Shown here in pieces: positions 40,478-51,136 of a stretch of DNA of 64,000 nucleotides (within the stretch, counting starts at the first letter, position 1; the number at the start of each line of letters is the position of its first letter). A program made the translations under genes and the position numbers. The notes under the pieces were generated by a model. The model was not told the origin of the DNA. It did no database searches and saw only the letters and a program-made list of their open reading frames with translations. Origin of the DNA: Azolla caroliniana (lineage: Eukaryota; Plantae; Polypodiophyta); NCBI GenBank assembly GCA_043228905.1, contig JBHGNT010000001.1, positions 18,662,001-18,726,000 of the forward strand, written 5' to 3'.

Positions 40478-40680
40478 AAACAAACGATATATTATATTAT
40501 ATGAAGAAGGATACAAGAATCGTTAAGAGGCTTAAGATTGGCGTTGAACCGAATTCGTATTGAATAATGCCATGTGCCACTATTTATAGTACTACTGTCA
40601 GGAGTACTCTTAAAGTTTCTAGAATGTTCTAGATTAATTTGGAATATTCATGAATTTCCTATTGTGAAATAATGATTTTA

Positions 40681-40738
40681 TGGTAAGGGTTTAACCTATG
40701 TAACACAAGGTCATGGGTTCAAATCCTTTTGGAGCCAT
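40681..40738 (+). other. tRNA-derived (Pol III A/B-box-like) segment within the LTR, antisense to the element
   Basis: tggtaag...tgtaa...aaggtcatgGGTTCAAATCC...ggagcca; counterpart at about 50730-50789 (-). Confidence 0.6.
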
Positions 40739-42602
40739 ATCATGACATATTATGCGTGTTGCAGGTCAAACTTTCCTAGCTAGTAAGAACGGCGAAGGTA
40801 AATGGAATTCATCTATTTGCAAGCTGAGATTTGCTAATACCTCACAAGTGAATGAAAAAAAATACGGGCAAAAACAAAAATGGTTTTGCAAATATTGTAA
40901 AGGAATTGATCATGTTATAACGAACTATCCAAATTTGGTTGCAAAAGAGGCAAAGAAATATGAGGCAGGACTTGTTGTTGCAGAAGTCTTTGGACCGAAA
41001 ACAATGTCTGCAAATCTAGTGCAGAATAAAGAATGGGCATTTACTCATGTTTGTGGTTTTGACCCATCTTCACTTGAACAATGTATGTTTGTTGTAGAAT
41101 CAAATGTTTGGTACTTCGACAGTGGGGCAACCAAACATATTACCTCACAACGCAATTTATTCACTTCCCCTATAGGGAATACTGTTACATGTGGTAACAA
41201 TTCATCTTATCTTGTTATGAGTGTTGGTAATATCATTTTGACTACTGTTGATGGTAGTTCTTTTACCTTGTCAGACACTTTGTTTGTGTCAGGGATGAAT
41301 ATGTTATTTTCAGCATTAGCTAAGATTGGTTTGGTTGTTAAATTTGTTGATGATAGGTGTACAGTTCATGATCCAATAATGATGTTATTATTGCTTCTAG
41401 AGCTTTATGTCATGGGCTGTATATAAGCTCATAGATTATCAAAGATCTATAAATGATTAAGCATGTGCAATACAGGATTCTCGGGATATTTCAAATGCAA
41501 AGATTTAGCATGCACACTTTGGTCATTTGAATTTTGCAAGTTTGCTTCGCTTGTAGAAATCTGAAATGGTGGTTTTCTTTCCCAAACTTGAGGCACCTCG
41601 GAAGCATGTTTGTGAAGGTTGTATTTTGGGAAAAATGTAGCATTCATCCTTTCCAAAAGATTGTTTAGTTAGTTAGATCTACGCAAAAATTGAGCCTTGT
41701 TCATAGTGATGTATGTGGTCCTATGTAGACACTCTCTCTTGGGAAATATCTTTACTTTGTGACTTTCATTGATGACTTTTCCATGCATGCATGGGTATAC
41801 ATATTGAAAGCAAATTCTGTCAGCATGTAAAATGCGCACCCTCCGTTCCAATCGAGGGCGGGAGTATATGTCTTCTGATTTTAATTCATTTCTGTTTGAA
41901 CATGGGATAAAACATTAGTGTACAATACTGTATACACCTCAATAGAATGAAATTGCTGAAAGAAAGAACAAGTCACTCATGGAAATGGCGAGGTGTATGG
42001 TCAAAAGTCAGGCTTTACCACATCGTTTTTGGCTTGAGCTGTTATGTGTGTGGCATATGTACTTAACAGGCGTCCCACTAAAGCATTGCACTCTATCACT
42101 CCATATGCGTCTTGGCATGGCTGCAATCCATCTATTGTTCATCTGCATGTTTTTGGTTTTTGGCATATGCATTATTAGTGCCTAAACAACAACGCAAAAA
42201 ATTGGATGATAAAGCAATGAAATGTATTTTTGTTGGATACAGTTATGAAAGTAAAGGCTATCATCTGTATCATCCACAAACTAAATGCATTCTGGTTAGC
42301 CGCGATGTTGTTTTTGTGGAGGATGCAGTTCGTCCAATGCTTTCATGTACTAAGGAGACATCAGTTAGCTCCAAAGATGTGTATGACACTTTGCTGCCTT
42401 TTTTTACAAGTGGACCTTTAAGTGTTCCCACTTGAGGCACCTTCTCAGCCTTTGGAAGCTACTTAATGATGCAAATCATTCTATTTCTGATGCAAACTCA
42501 CATGATGAACTTATTATTGAGAGGGCTGATATAGAGGAGGCAAAGATTGTGCCGAAATGGCTGTTGCAAACTTTGTAAGATAGCAAATTACATGTTCCTT
42601 TG

Positions 42603-42887
42603 TGTTGAGAATCAAGCTCAACTTGGTCTAGTGTGTGAACTCACCTTGAGAGTGAAGAGACACTCCAACGGTCAAGAGTCACCATTATGTCACCACTTTG
42701 TATTCTAACATTTAGTATGAGTCATAGAATCATATTCTATGACACATAACTTATGAGCTTTCACATTCCCCATGCTCCATGAGCTTTGTAGTTAATGAAG
42801 AGAGAGGGTGACTACATAAAGCACCCTCCTCCCACCTTGTATAGTGTTGAGTCTTTCTCCTTTGTCAATATACTTTTAACCTTGCGT

Positions 42888-42942
<55 letters not shown>

Positions 42943-45900
42943 CTCACACACACACACACACACACAGTTCACACCTATTCCGCTTCACAAGAATCCATCT
43001 CTTGATTCTTTACATGGTATCAGAGCGATTTGGTAGCTCGATCTAGCCCATTCGCCTCATCGTGATCGTGTGTTGTGCTCTACACCGAAGACCAAGAACC
43101 AGCTCATCACTATCATAGCTTTGCTACATAGCTCGCATTCGAAGAGAGAAGAAGAAGAAGAAGAAGAATCGACATAATGAATACTCAAATGGGGAGCGCT
43201 CTCCCTACCGAGAAGTTGGATCGAAACAACTTCGCATCGTGGGAGTACAAGATGCACCAATACCTTGTCGGACAAGGCTATTGGAGCTACATCAAAGGAG
43301 CGCATGAAGACCGACCCGCTGAAGCGGCTCCCGGATACGCGACATGGGAGCAAGCCGCAAGGCGTGTGATGTATTGTTTGGCGACATGTGTTCACAACCA
43401 CATGCTCCGTTACATTCGAGAAGCCAAGATGCCGAAGGAAGCGTGGGAAAATCTACGAAAGATTTTCGTCGCCAACACGACCGCAAGGAAGCTTGAACTC
43501 CGCCAAGAAGTGAACAACATTCAACAAAGGGACATGTCCATCACGACATACACCTTGAAGATCAAGGAGCTTTGCGACTCGCTCGGCTCAATAAGCGTAA
43601 GTATAGATGATGATGAGATGGTGCAAATATGCCTCGGCGGCCTCGCACCACGGTTCGGAGCGATGCGAACCGCCGTTCTAGCACGGGAGAAATCTCCCTC
43701 CTTCTTCAAGCTCCAATCAATGCTATTGGTCGAAGAAAACCACGTGCGTACAAGGAGCAATGATTCGGAAGGCCACATGCTCTACACACACTCTAATGGA
43801 GGAAGAGGACGCGGATGAGCGAAAGGCCAATTCGGCCAAGGACAAGGCGGACGAGGTCCGACCTACGACAACAACTCCCAATTTCGGCCGTAAAACGGAG
43901 GCCAACGATGAACCTTCGCAAGAAGGTGGAGCTTCCACTCCGGCCCGAGTCGTCAAAACGCAACCGAATGCGGATATTGCAGAAACCTCGGCCACCACGA
44001 AGAAGAGTGCCGAAAGAAGATGCGTGAATCGGCTTCCACAAGCCGACAACTCACGAATTACGCGCACAATTCCGACTACGAAGAGTATAGCGGAATGTAC
44101 AGGCACAACTCCGACTACAAGGGTCGTGGAGGAATGTACACATACAACTCCGACCGTGGCGGATTGTTCATGATGAAACATAGAGCAAAGTCTATGTCGG
44201 CCTCTACCTCAACTAGTGCCCTCAATCCGGAGGACGTATGGTTTGTTGACTCCGGAGCCTCAAACCATATGACATCCCACAAATAATGGTTTCTCGAACT
44301 TCGAGAGCTGGAGCGACCCGGTTATATCGAAACCGAAGATGACACTACGCACCCGATTCGGCACATCGGCAATGTTCCGTTCGGCGAAAGAGGTAAGCAA
44401 ACATACATTAAAAATGTCTTGCATGTACCCACCATCACAAAGAATTTGGTCTCGGTTGGCGAAATGGTTGAGCAAGGGATGCAAGTACGATTCGACCAAG
44501 AAGGGTGCTTCATCGAAAAAGAAGGCCAAATCATTGCACGCGGAAGAAGAGAGGGCCGGATGTTCATTCTCGATTCGCACGAGATGAAATCCGCCATGTT
44601 CGCGAAAAGCACGAAAGCCGACTCCGACATAGAGCTATGGCATAAGCAAATCGGCCACATCAATCTCAACAAACTCAAAGCAATGAAGTCGAAAGGAGTC
44701 GTCATCGGACTCCTGACATTCAAAGAGAAGGAGATTGAAGGTGTATGCGAAGCGTGCCAATTCGGCAAGCAACACCGACACCCATTCCCGAAGGAGCGGA
44801 ATGTGAGCAAAGGCGTACTCGACGTAATTCATTTTGATGTATGGGGTCCGGCCCAAACGGCGACATTCGGCAGATGCCGGTATTACGTGCTCTTCATCGA
44901 TGACTTTTCTAGGCACACTTGGATCTACCCGATGCGGCAAAAGAGCGAAGTGATCGGACACTTCCAAAATTTCAAGAATGAAGTCGAAAAAGCCACGGGT
45001 CGACATGTACGATGCCTTCGATCGGATGGCGGCAAGGAGTACTTCTCGGACGATTTCATGACGTATCTCCGAAAGGAAGGAATTCGACGAGAATTCACTT
45101 GCCGACACACTCCACAACAAAACGGAGTAGCCGAGCGCAAAAATCAACACATCCTCGAAGTAGCGCGGGCCATGATGAACGAGAAGCATATGCCCAAGTC
45201 ATATTGGGCCGAAGCGGCAAATACGACCGTCTACCTGATGAACCGGTGCACAACATCCAGTGTGCACGAGGTCACTCCGCACGAAAGATTCTTCAGAAAG
45301 AAGCCGAACCTATCACATGTTCGGATATTCGGCTCCATTGCATACGTGCACATCCCCAACGAGAAGCGTCAAAAGCTCAACTCGAAGTCGGAGAAATGTA
45401 TCCTCATAGGATACTCACTAGAGCAAAAGGGGTACAAGTGCTACAACCCCTCAACTCGAAAATCTTGGGTAAGTCGAGACATCGTCTTTGACGAGTCCGC
45501 ATCTTGGTACGCACCAGAGACAACTTCGCCTCCGACTCCGCTCGACCCGGAATCCACCGAACAAGAGATAGAGGATGAAGATCATCTTACGCGCATGTTC
45601 GAAGAAAGTCCGATCATGACTCGACTAAGCGGAGCACAAGAGCCTTTGAGCGATCAAAGCACATCACGGCCTAGCCCGAAGATGGACAAAGGCAAGGCGA
45701 AAATGGCGGAATACGAAGACGATCGCTTCACCGACGATGAGTCAACTCACTCACTCGACAGTGAGTTTGGCGGTTTCGAGGTACCAATTGGAGCCACCCG
45801 TGAAAAGAACCCAGTAAGCCGATTCGGCTACAACGATTATATGGCGTACCATTACACCTTTATGATGAAGGTAGCGACAGTACGGGAGCCAGAAACCTTT

Positions 45901-47984
45901 TTGGAAGCCGCAAAGGACCCGCAGTGGATCGAAGCAATGAACGAGGAGATGTAGGCACTACGAAAGAACGAGACGTGGGATCTCGTTCCCACCTCACCAC
46001 ACAAAAAGGCGATCGGATGCAGATGGATCTACAATGTGAAGTATAACGCCGATGGCTTTGTAAACCGCTACAAAGCTCGACTCGTAGCGAAAGGATACGC
46101 TCAGACGCATGGCGTCGACTACGAAGAGACGTTTGCCCCGGTGGCAAAGATGACAACGGTGTGGACCGTAATTGCGCTTGCCGCGGTGAAAGAGTGGCAC
46201 CTCTATCAAATGGACGTCAAGAACGCCTTTCTACAAGGCGAATTAGAAGAGGAGGTGTACATGATACAACCACTCGGCTTGAACTTGAGCACCCATCCGA
46301 AAGCGGTTTGCCGACTCAAGAAGCCTCTCTACGGCCTCAAGCAAGCACCGCGTGCTTGGCATTCGAAGACAACGCAATATCTTCATCAAATCGGCTTCTG
46401 TATGTCAAAATCAGACAACTCCCTCTACATACGAAGTGATTCCACAATTCCGATCGTTATCATTTTATATGTGGATGACCTAGTCATTGGAGGTGAGCAT
46501 ATCGTCGAAATCAATAAGGTCAAATCCCTCCTTTCCGACAAGTTCGAGATGACGGAAATGAAGGAGCTCCACTACTTCCTTGGCATCGAGGTAATTCGGA
46601 CTCCGGCCGGAATGATGATCTCTCAACGGCACTACATCCTCAACTTACTATATAAGTTCGGGATGGCTGAGTGCAAATCCGCGGCAACCCCGCTCGATTG
46701 CAACCTCAAACTAGATGCGAACTCCGGCACGAAAGTGTGTGAGCCAACTCAATATCGGCAACTCATCAGGAGTCTCATCTACCTCACGAACACACGACCC
46801 GATCTCAGTTATCTGGTCGGTCTCCTTAGCGAATTCATGCAAACACGGCGTGATACTCACTTGGATTACACTAAGCGAGTTCTAAGGTACGTGAGCGGCA
46901 CAATGGATTGCAGCATCCTCTACAAGACCGCGATGCCAATACGACTCGAGGGGTACACAGACACCGATTGGGATGGCTACAAAGCTGATAGAAGATCAAC
47001 CTTCGTATTTGTTTTCTCCCTCGGCAGCAGAACAATATCTTGGAGTAGCAAGAAGCAGCCTACTGTCGCTCTTTCGAGTACGGAGGCAGAATATAGGGGC
47101 GCAGCCGTAGCTGCATGTGAAGCCGTATGGCTTAAGAGGATTTTGAACGATTTGGGCGTTCCCATCAAGGATCCAACTCCCCTTTACTGCAACAACATGA
47201 GCAGTATTTATCTGGCTCAGAACCCGGTGTTCCACGCGCGAACAAAGCACATCGAAGTGCACTATCACTTCATCCGAGAGCGCGTTCTAGCTGGCGATGT
47301 CGACCTACAACACATTAGCACCAATCTTCAAACGGTTGACATCTTCACTAAAGCCTTAGGAGCCGACAAGCTATAGCAATTCATGACCGATCTCAGATTG
47401 ACGATCCCTGACCTGCCAAGCTTGAGGGGGAGTACTGAAGACACTACGCAATAACGCGTGGATTCCACAACCACGCAACAAAGCCGCGAAGAAAGACGCA
47501 AGCCGAAGCACAAACTTCGCAACTACACACGCAAGCTGAAGCACTGACTTCGTAACTACGCACAACGCAAGCTAGAGCACGGATTCCGCAACTCCGCATA
47601 CATGCGAGTCGACACGAGTTGACACGGACTCCAGAACACGAGTTGAAGCGGATTTCGGATACATTTTCGAAATCGACCCGACTTGAGCTTGAGGGGGCGT
47701 GTTGAGAATCAAGCTCAACTTGGTCTAGTGTGTGAACTCACCTTGAGAGTGAAGAGACACTCCAATGGTCAAGAGTCACCATTATGTCACCACTTTGTAT
47801 TCTAGCATTTAGTATGAGTCATAGAATCATATTCTATAACACATAACTTATGAGCTTTCACATTCCCCATGCTCCATGAGCTTTGTAGTTAATGAAGAGA
47901 GAGGGTGACTACATAAAGCACCCTCCTCCCACCTTGTATAGTGTTGAGTCTTTCTCCTTTGTCAATATACTTTTAACCTTGCGT

Positions 47985-48078
<94 letters not shown>

Positions 48079-48123
48079 CACACCTATTCCGCTTCACAAG
48101 AATCCATCTCTTGATTCTTTACA
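42603..48123 (+). mobile_element. Full-length young Ty1/copia (5' LTR 42603-43014, 3' LTR 47700-48123)
   Basis: Near-identical LTRs (about 4 substitutions plus microsatellite length); perfect TSD CTTTG (42598-42602 and 48124-48128); Met PBS tggtatcagagc 43015-43026; PPT 47691-47699. Confidence 0.97.
43177..47376 (+). pseudogene. Copia gag-pol in a single frame, broken only by point nonsense codons
   Basis: ORF pieces starting at 43177, 44020, 44419 and 46036 share one frame; stops at 43816, about 43891, 44284 and 45952; all domains recognisable. Confidence 0.93.
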
Positions 48124-48881
48124 CTTTGTCACACATATTGTACTCGTTCAGATTTTCATAGTGCTTCTTTTGCATCAAATTGTTATGCTATGGCTGCCTC
48201 TAGTCTTTGTGATGAGAATGAGCATGTTTCTTTTGATGAAGCACAAAATTTGAAAAATTCGATGGTTGTTGTGCAATCAGATTATGATGCTATTATGAAG
48301 ACTGGTACATGGTCTTTATGTGACTTGCCTCCTGGCAAGAAGGCTATTGGCACTAAGTGGGTATATAAGTTGAAGCGTAAACCTAATGAAACAATTAAGA
48401 GGTATAATACTAGGTTTGTTGTGAAAGGTTATTCCCAAGAAAAAGGCATTGATTTTGATGAAACCTTTGCTCCCAATTACCGTATGACTAATGTTTATTT
48501 GATTTGATTGCATTTGGGTTTGAGAATAGTCCAACTGAAAGCACCTTATATGTTAAGCGTGTTGATGTATTTCTGATCATGGTTGTGTATGTTGATGATA
48601 TGTTGCTCACTGGTCCCAATGAGAAGCAAGTTGCTGACTTTAAGGCAATAAATTGACACATTATTACAACGTTTTGGCCTTGAAGACTGTAAACCAATTG
48701 CCAATCCCATGGTGATAGGTTTATGTTTCAGCCTTCATGATGTTGGAGATGCATTTGGTGTTATTCTCTATCAACAAGCAGTTGGATGCTTGATTTACTT
48801 ATGCATAAACCGACTTGATATTCAGTTTTCTGTCTCTCAGATGAGCAGGTTTATGCATTTCCCAAGAGTTGAGCATTGGCA

Positions 48882-49105
48882 AGCAGTTAAGTGCATCTTT
48901 CGCTACTTGAGTGGTATCTGGTCACTTGGATTGTTTTATCCAATGTGGTAGTGATAAGGTAGTTAAATGCATCTTTCGCTACTTGAGTGATACCTGGTCA
49001 CTTGGATTGTTTTATCCAAAGGGGTAGTGATAAGGCAGTTAAATGCATCTTTCGCTACTTGAGTGGTACCTGGTCACTTGGATTGTTTTATCTAAAGGGG
49101 TGGTG
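48882..49105. repeat. Threefold tandem repeat of about 74 bp in decayed RT
   Basis: gcagttaa(a/g)tgcatctttcgctacttgagtg..cacttggattgttttat occurs three times. Confidence 0.9.
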
Positions 49106-49775
49106 ATCACTACCGCCAAACCTGCATGCTCTTTCTGACTCTGATTGGGCTGGTTGTTATGACCCCCATGTGTCCACAAGTGGTTTTTGCTTCATGCATA
49201 TCTTGGTTGAACAAGAAGCAACCTACTTTGGCCACTTCTAGTTGTCACGCATCTTTCACAACTACGGTTGGGTGTGTGTGGCTCAGACCCCATTTAGCTG
49301 ATTTGGGTGTTGTTCAGTCTTCTACCACCACCATCTTCACTGACAGTCAAAGCGTAATGGTAGTTGCGAGAAAGCTTGTGTTCCATGCTCACACTCAGTA
49401 CATTGAGGTGCATTATCACTATGTTAGGGAAAGTTTCTCCACTGGAGAGATCAGTTTGTCTTATGTGCCCACGCAGGAGAACATTGCAAAACTCTTCACA
49501 AAGGCTCTGCCTAGAGAGAAGTTTGAAGCTTTACGCAAAGCAGATGGATCTCTATCCAAATAGCTTGGCACTTGCTTAACCATGAGTGTCAGCTCCTTCT
49601 TCACCACATCACTCCCAAGGGGGATTTGTTGACATATCTTGGTAGTGATGTGTGTAAACACACTTAGGACCATAGGGGCATATTTTGCCTCTTTTAAGGT
49701 TTTTCCCCCTATCTATAAATACTCTCATAACCCTAAAGAGGTTAAGTTTTTGTGATTCAAAACAAGAACCCAACA

Positions 49776-50700
49776 CTGCATACAAAAATACTCTCTCTCT
49801 AGTCATACGTTTCCTGAAACACAGATAGAGAACTCTAAGTAAAACTTATATTAAAATCATACACTTCCAGATCAATGTTTTTACAATGCCTTAAACCCCT
49901 TTATATAGGTGGCACAAGAAGTTCTCTTCAAGAAACTACAAAACTGCCTTTTGGCAAGAAACACAGTTCTAACTTTCTCCTTGGCATTTACGATTATTAT
50001 ATTTCTTAGTTTTTTTACTTGCATTTTCACACCTGTCCAACTTTCGACCTATCACTCAATTGACTATACTTACAACTATCTAAAGCTTTTATATTAGAGC
50101 TGACTTCCCTGGAAACACATGGCATGCCCATCAGACAATGCCTTACACAACTGAACCCACAGAATTCGGTTTTTGGTTGTTCTCGCCATCATCTTCGTCA
50201 TCATTCCAAATTTCCAACAAATTAGGCTCATGATCGTCCTCCTAGTGGTCGTTGTCCAAGGCTTGCTAAATCTCCTCTTGTTGTTGCTGCTTGGGTTGTG
50301 GATTTGACTCTGAGTCGTTGTTGTTATCTGTGTCCATTTGTTTAGATCATTCGGCTGTGAGACTTGTTCTTTCTCATCCTCGTCCCAATGCTCGTCATGT
50401 TGTTGCTCTCCCTCTACATACACTCGGTCAGGCTCCTGCTTCACTCACTCTTGCTCCTACCCTATTTGGTCTTGCTCAACCTTGTCCGACATGTCATCAT
50501 CCCGTCCATTGACTTTCCTCATGAAGTCACTCCTTTTCGTAAAATTCAAGCTCAATCACTAGCTGATTGCAATTGCTCATATTCATCCAATAGTTTTGTA
50601 ATTTCGGTTGTATGTTGGTTTGCTAGTTCATGGAAATCTTCAGCCAATTCTTCACGGATTATTGAAATGCTAGCCTCATCCACGTTGTTTTAGTCGACCA
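49776..50700 (-). other. Fragment of an unclassified repeat (coiled-coil/acidic ORF relic followed by a TATA-containing region)
   Basis: Homologous to 54860-55357 plus 60859-61090 (DEASISIIREELAEDFHELANQHTTEITKLLDEY vs DEATMTIV*EEFLGDFYELTAQHIVEITKLLEEY; WVQLCKALSDGHAMC vs WDRQCKALSHERAMC). Confidence 0.65.
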
Positions 50701-50708
50701 ACACAAAG

Positions 50709-51105
50709 TGTCAATCATGACACTCACATGATGTCTTGAAAGGATTTGAACCCACAACCTTGCTATACACATGTCAAATCCTTAACCATTGTAATGATAT
50801 GTTTATATGTATAGTTTTTAGAATATATAATGTAATATCATAAGAATATTCTAGATTACTCTACATTCTAGAATGTCCTAGAATATTCTAGAGTGTTTTA
50901 TATACTAGAACCTTCTAGAATACTTTGTAAACCTTCTAGATTACTCTATATTCTAGAACCTTCTAGAATACTCTATTATAAGGACTTATAAATAGGGATC
51001 TATAAACCATCCCAAAACCAAATTGGTTCAACGCCATTCTATAGCTCCTTGTTGCCTACTCTTTGTAATCTATCTTATAGTGCAATATAATACTTTCCTT
51101 TCAAT

Positions 51106-51136
<31 letters not shown>

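Larger units (their letters stand above)
36040..40747 (-). mobile_element. 3'-truncated degenerate Tcn1-like Ty3/gypsy with 5' LTR 40324-40747
   Basis: LTR TGTCA...TGACA; gag 40243-39350 (GTLLSGTALAWFAPLLE), [43 protein letters not shown]. Confidence 0.88.
40748..49775 (+). mobile_element. 5'-truncated old Ty1/copia (zinc knuckle, protease and integrase 40752-42600; RT and RNase H 48129-49563; short 3' LTR 49627-49775), host of copia 42603-48123
   Basis: CKYCKGIDH, WYFDSGATKHIT, HSDVCGP, KLDDKAMKCIFVGYS, KAIGTKWVYKLK, YVDDML; PPT aaggggga at about 49617-49624; TGTTG...CAACA. Confidence 0.85.

Noticed and set aside
40681-40738. Functional tRNA gene
   Set aside because: The 5' acceptor strand and D-stem are missing and the anticodon stem is poor; treated as tRNA-derived only.
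44635-45491. Long antisense or alternate-frame ORFs overlapping copia pol (also near 17000-18600 and 57000-60100)
   Set aside because: Shadow frames of GC-rich coding sequence with no recognisable domains and inconsistent ends between sister copies.
47377-47699. env-like ORF downstream of pol
   Set aside because: The region is under 330 bp, repetitive, and has no transmembrane-coding ORF.
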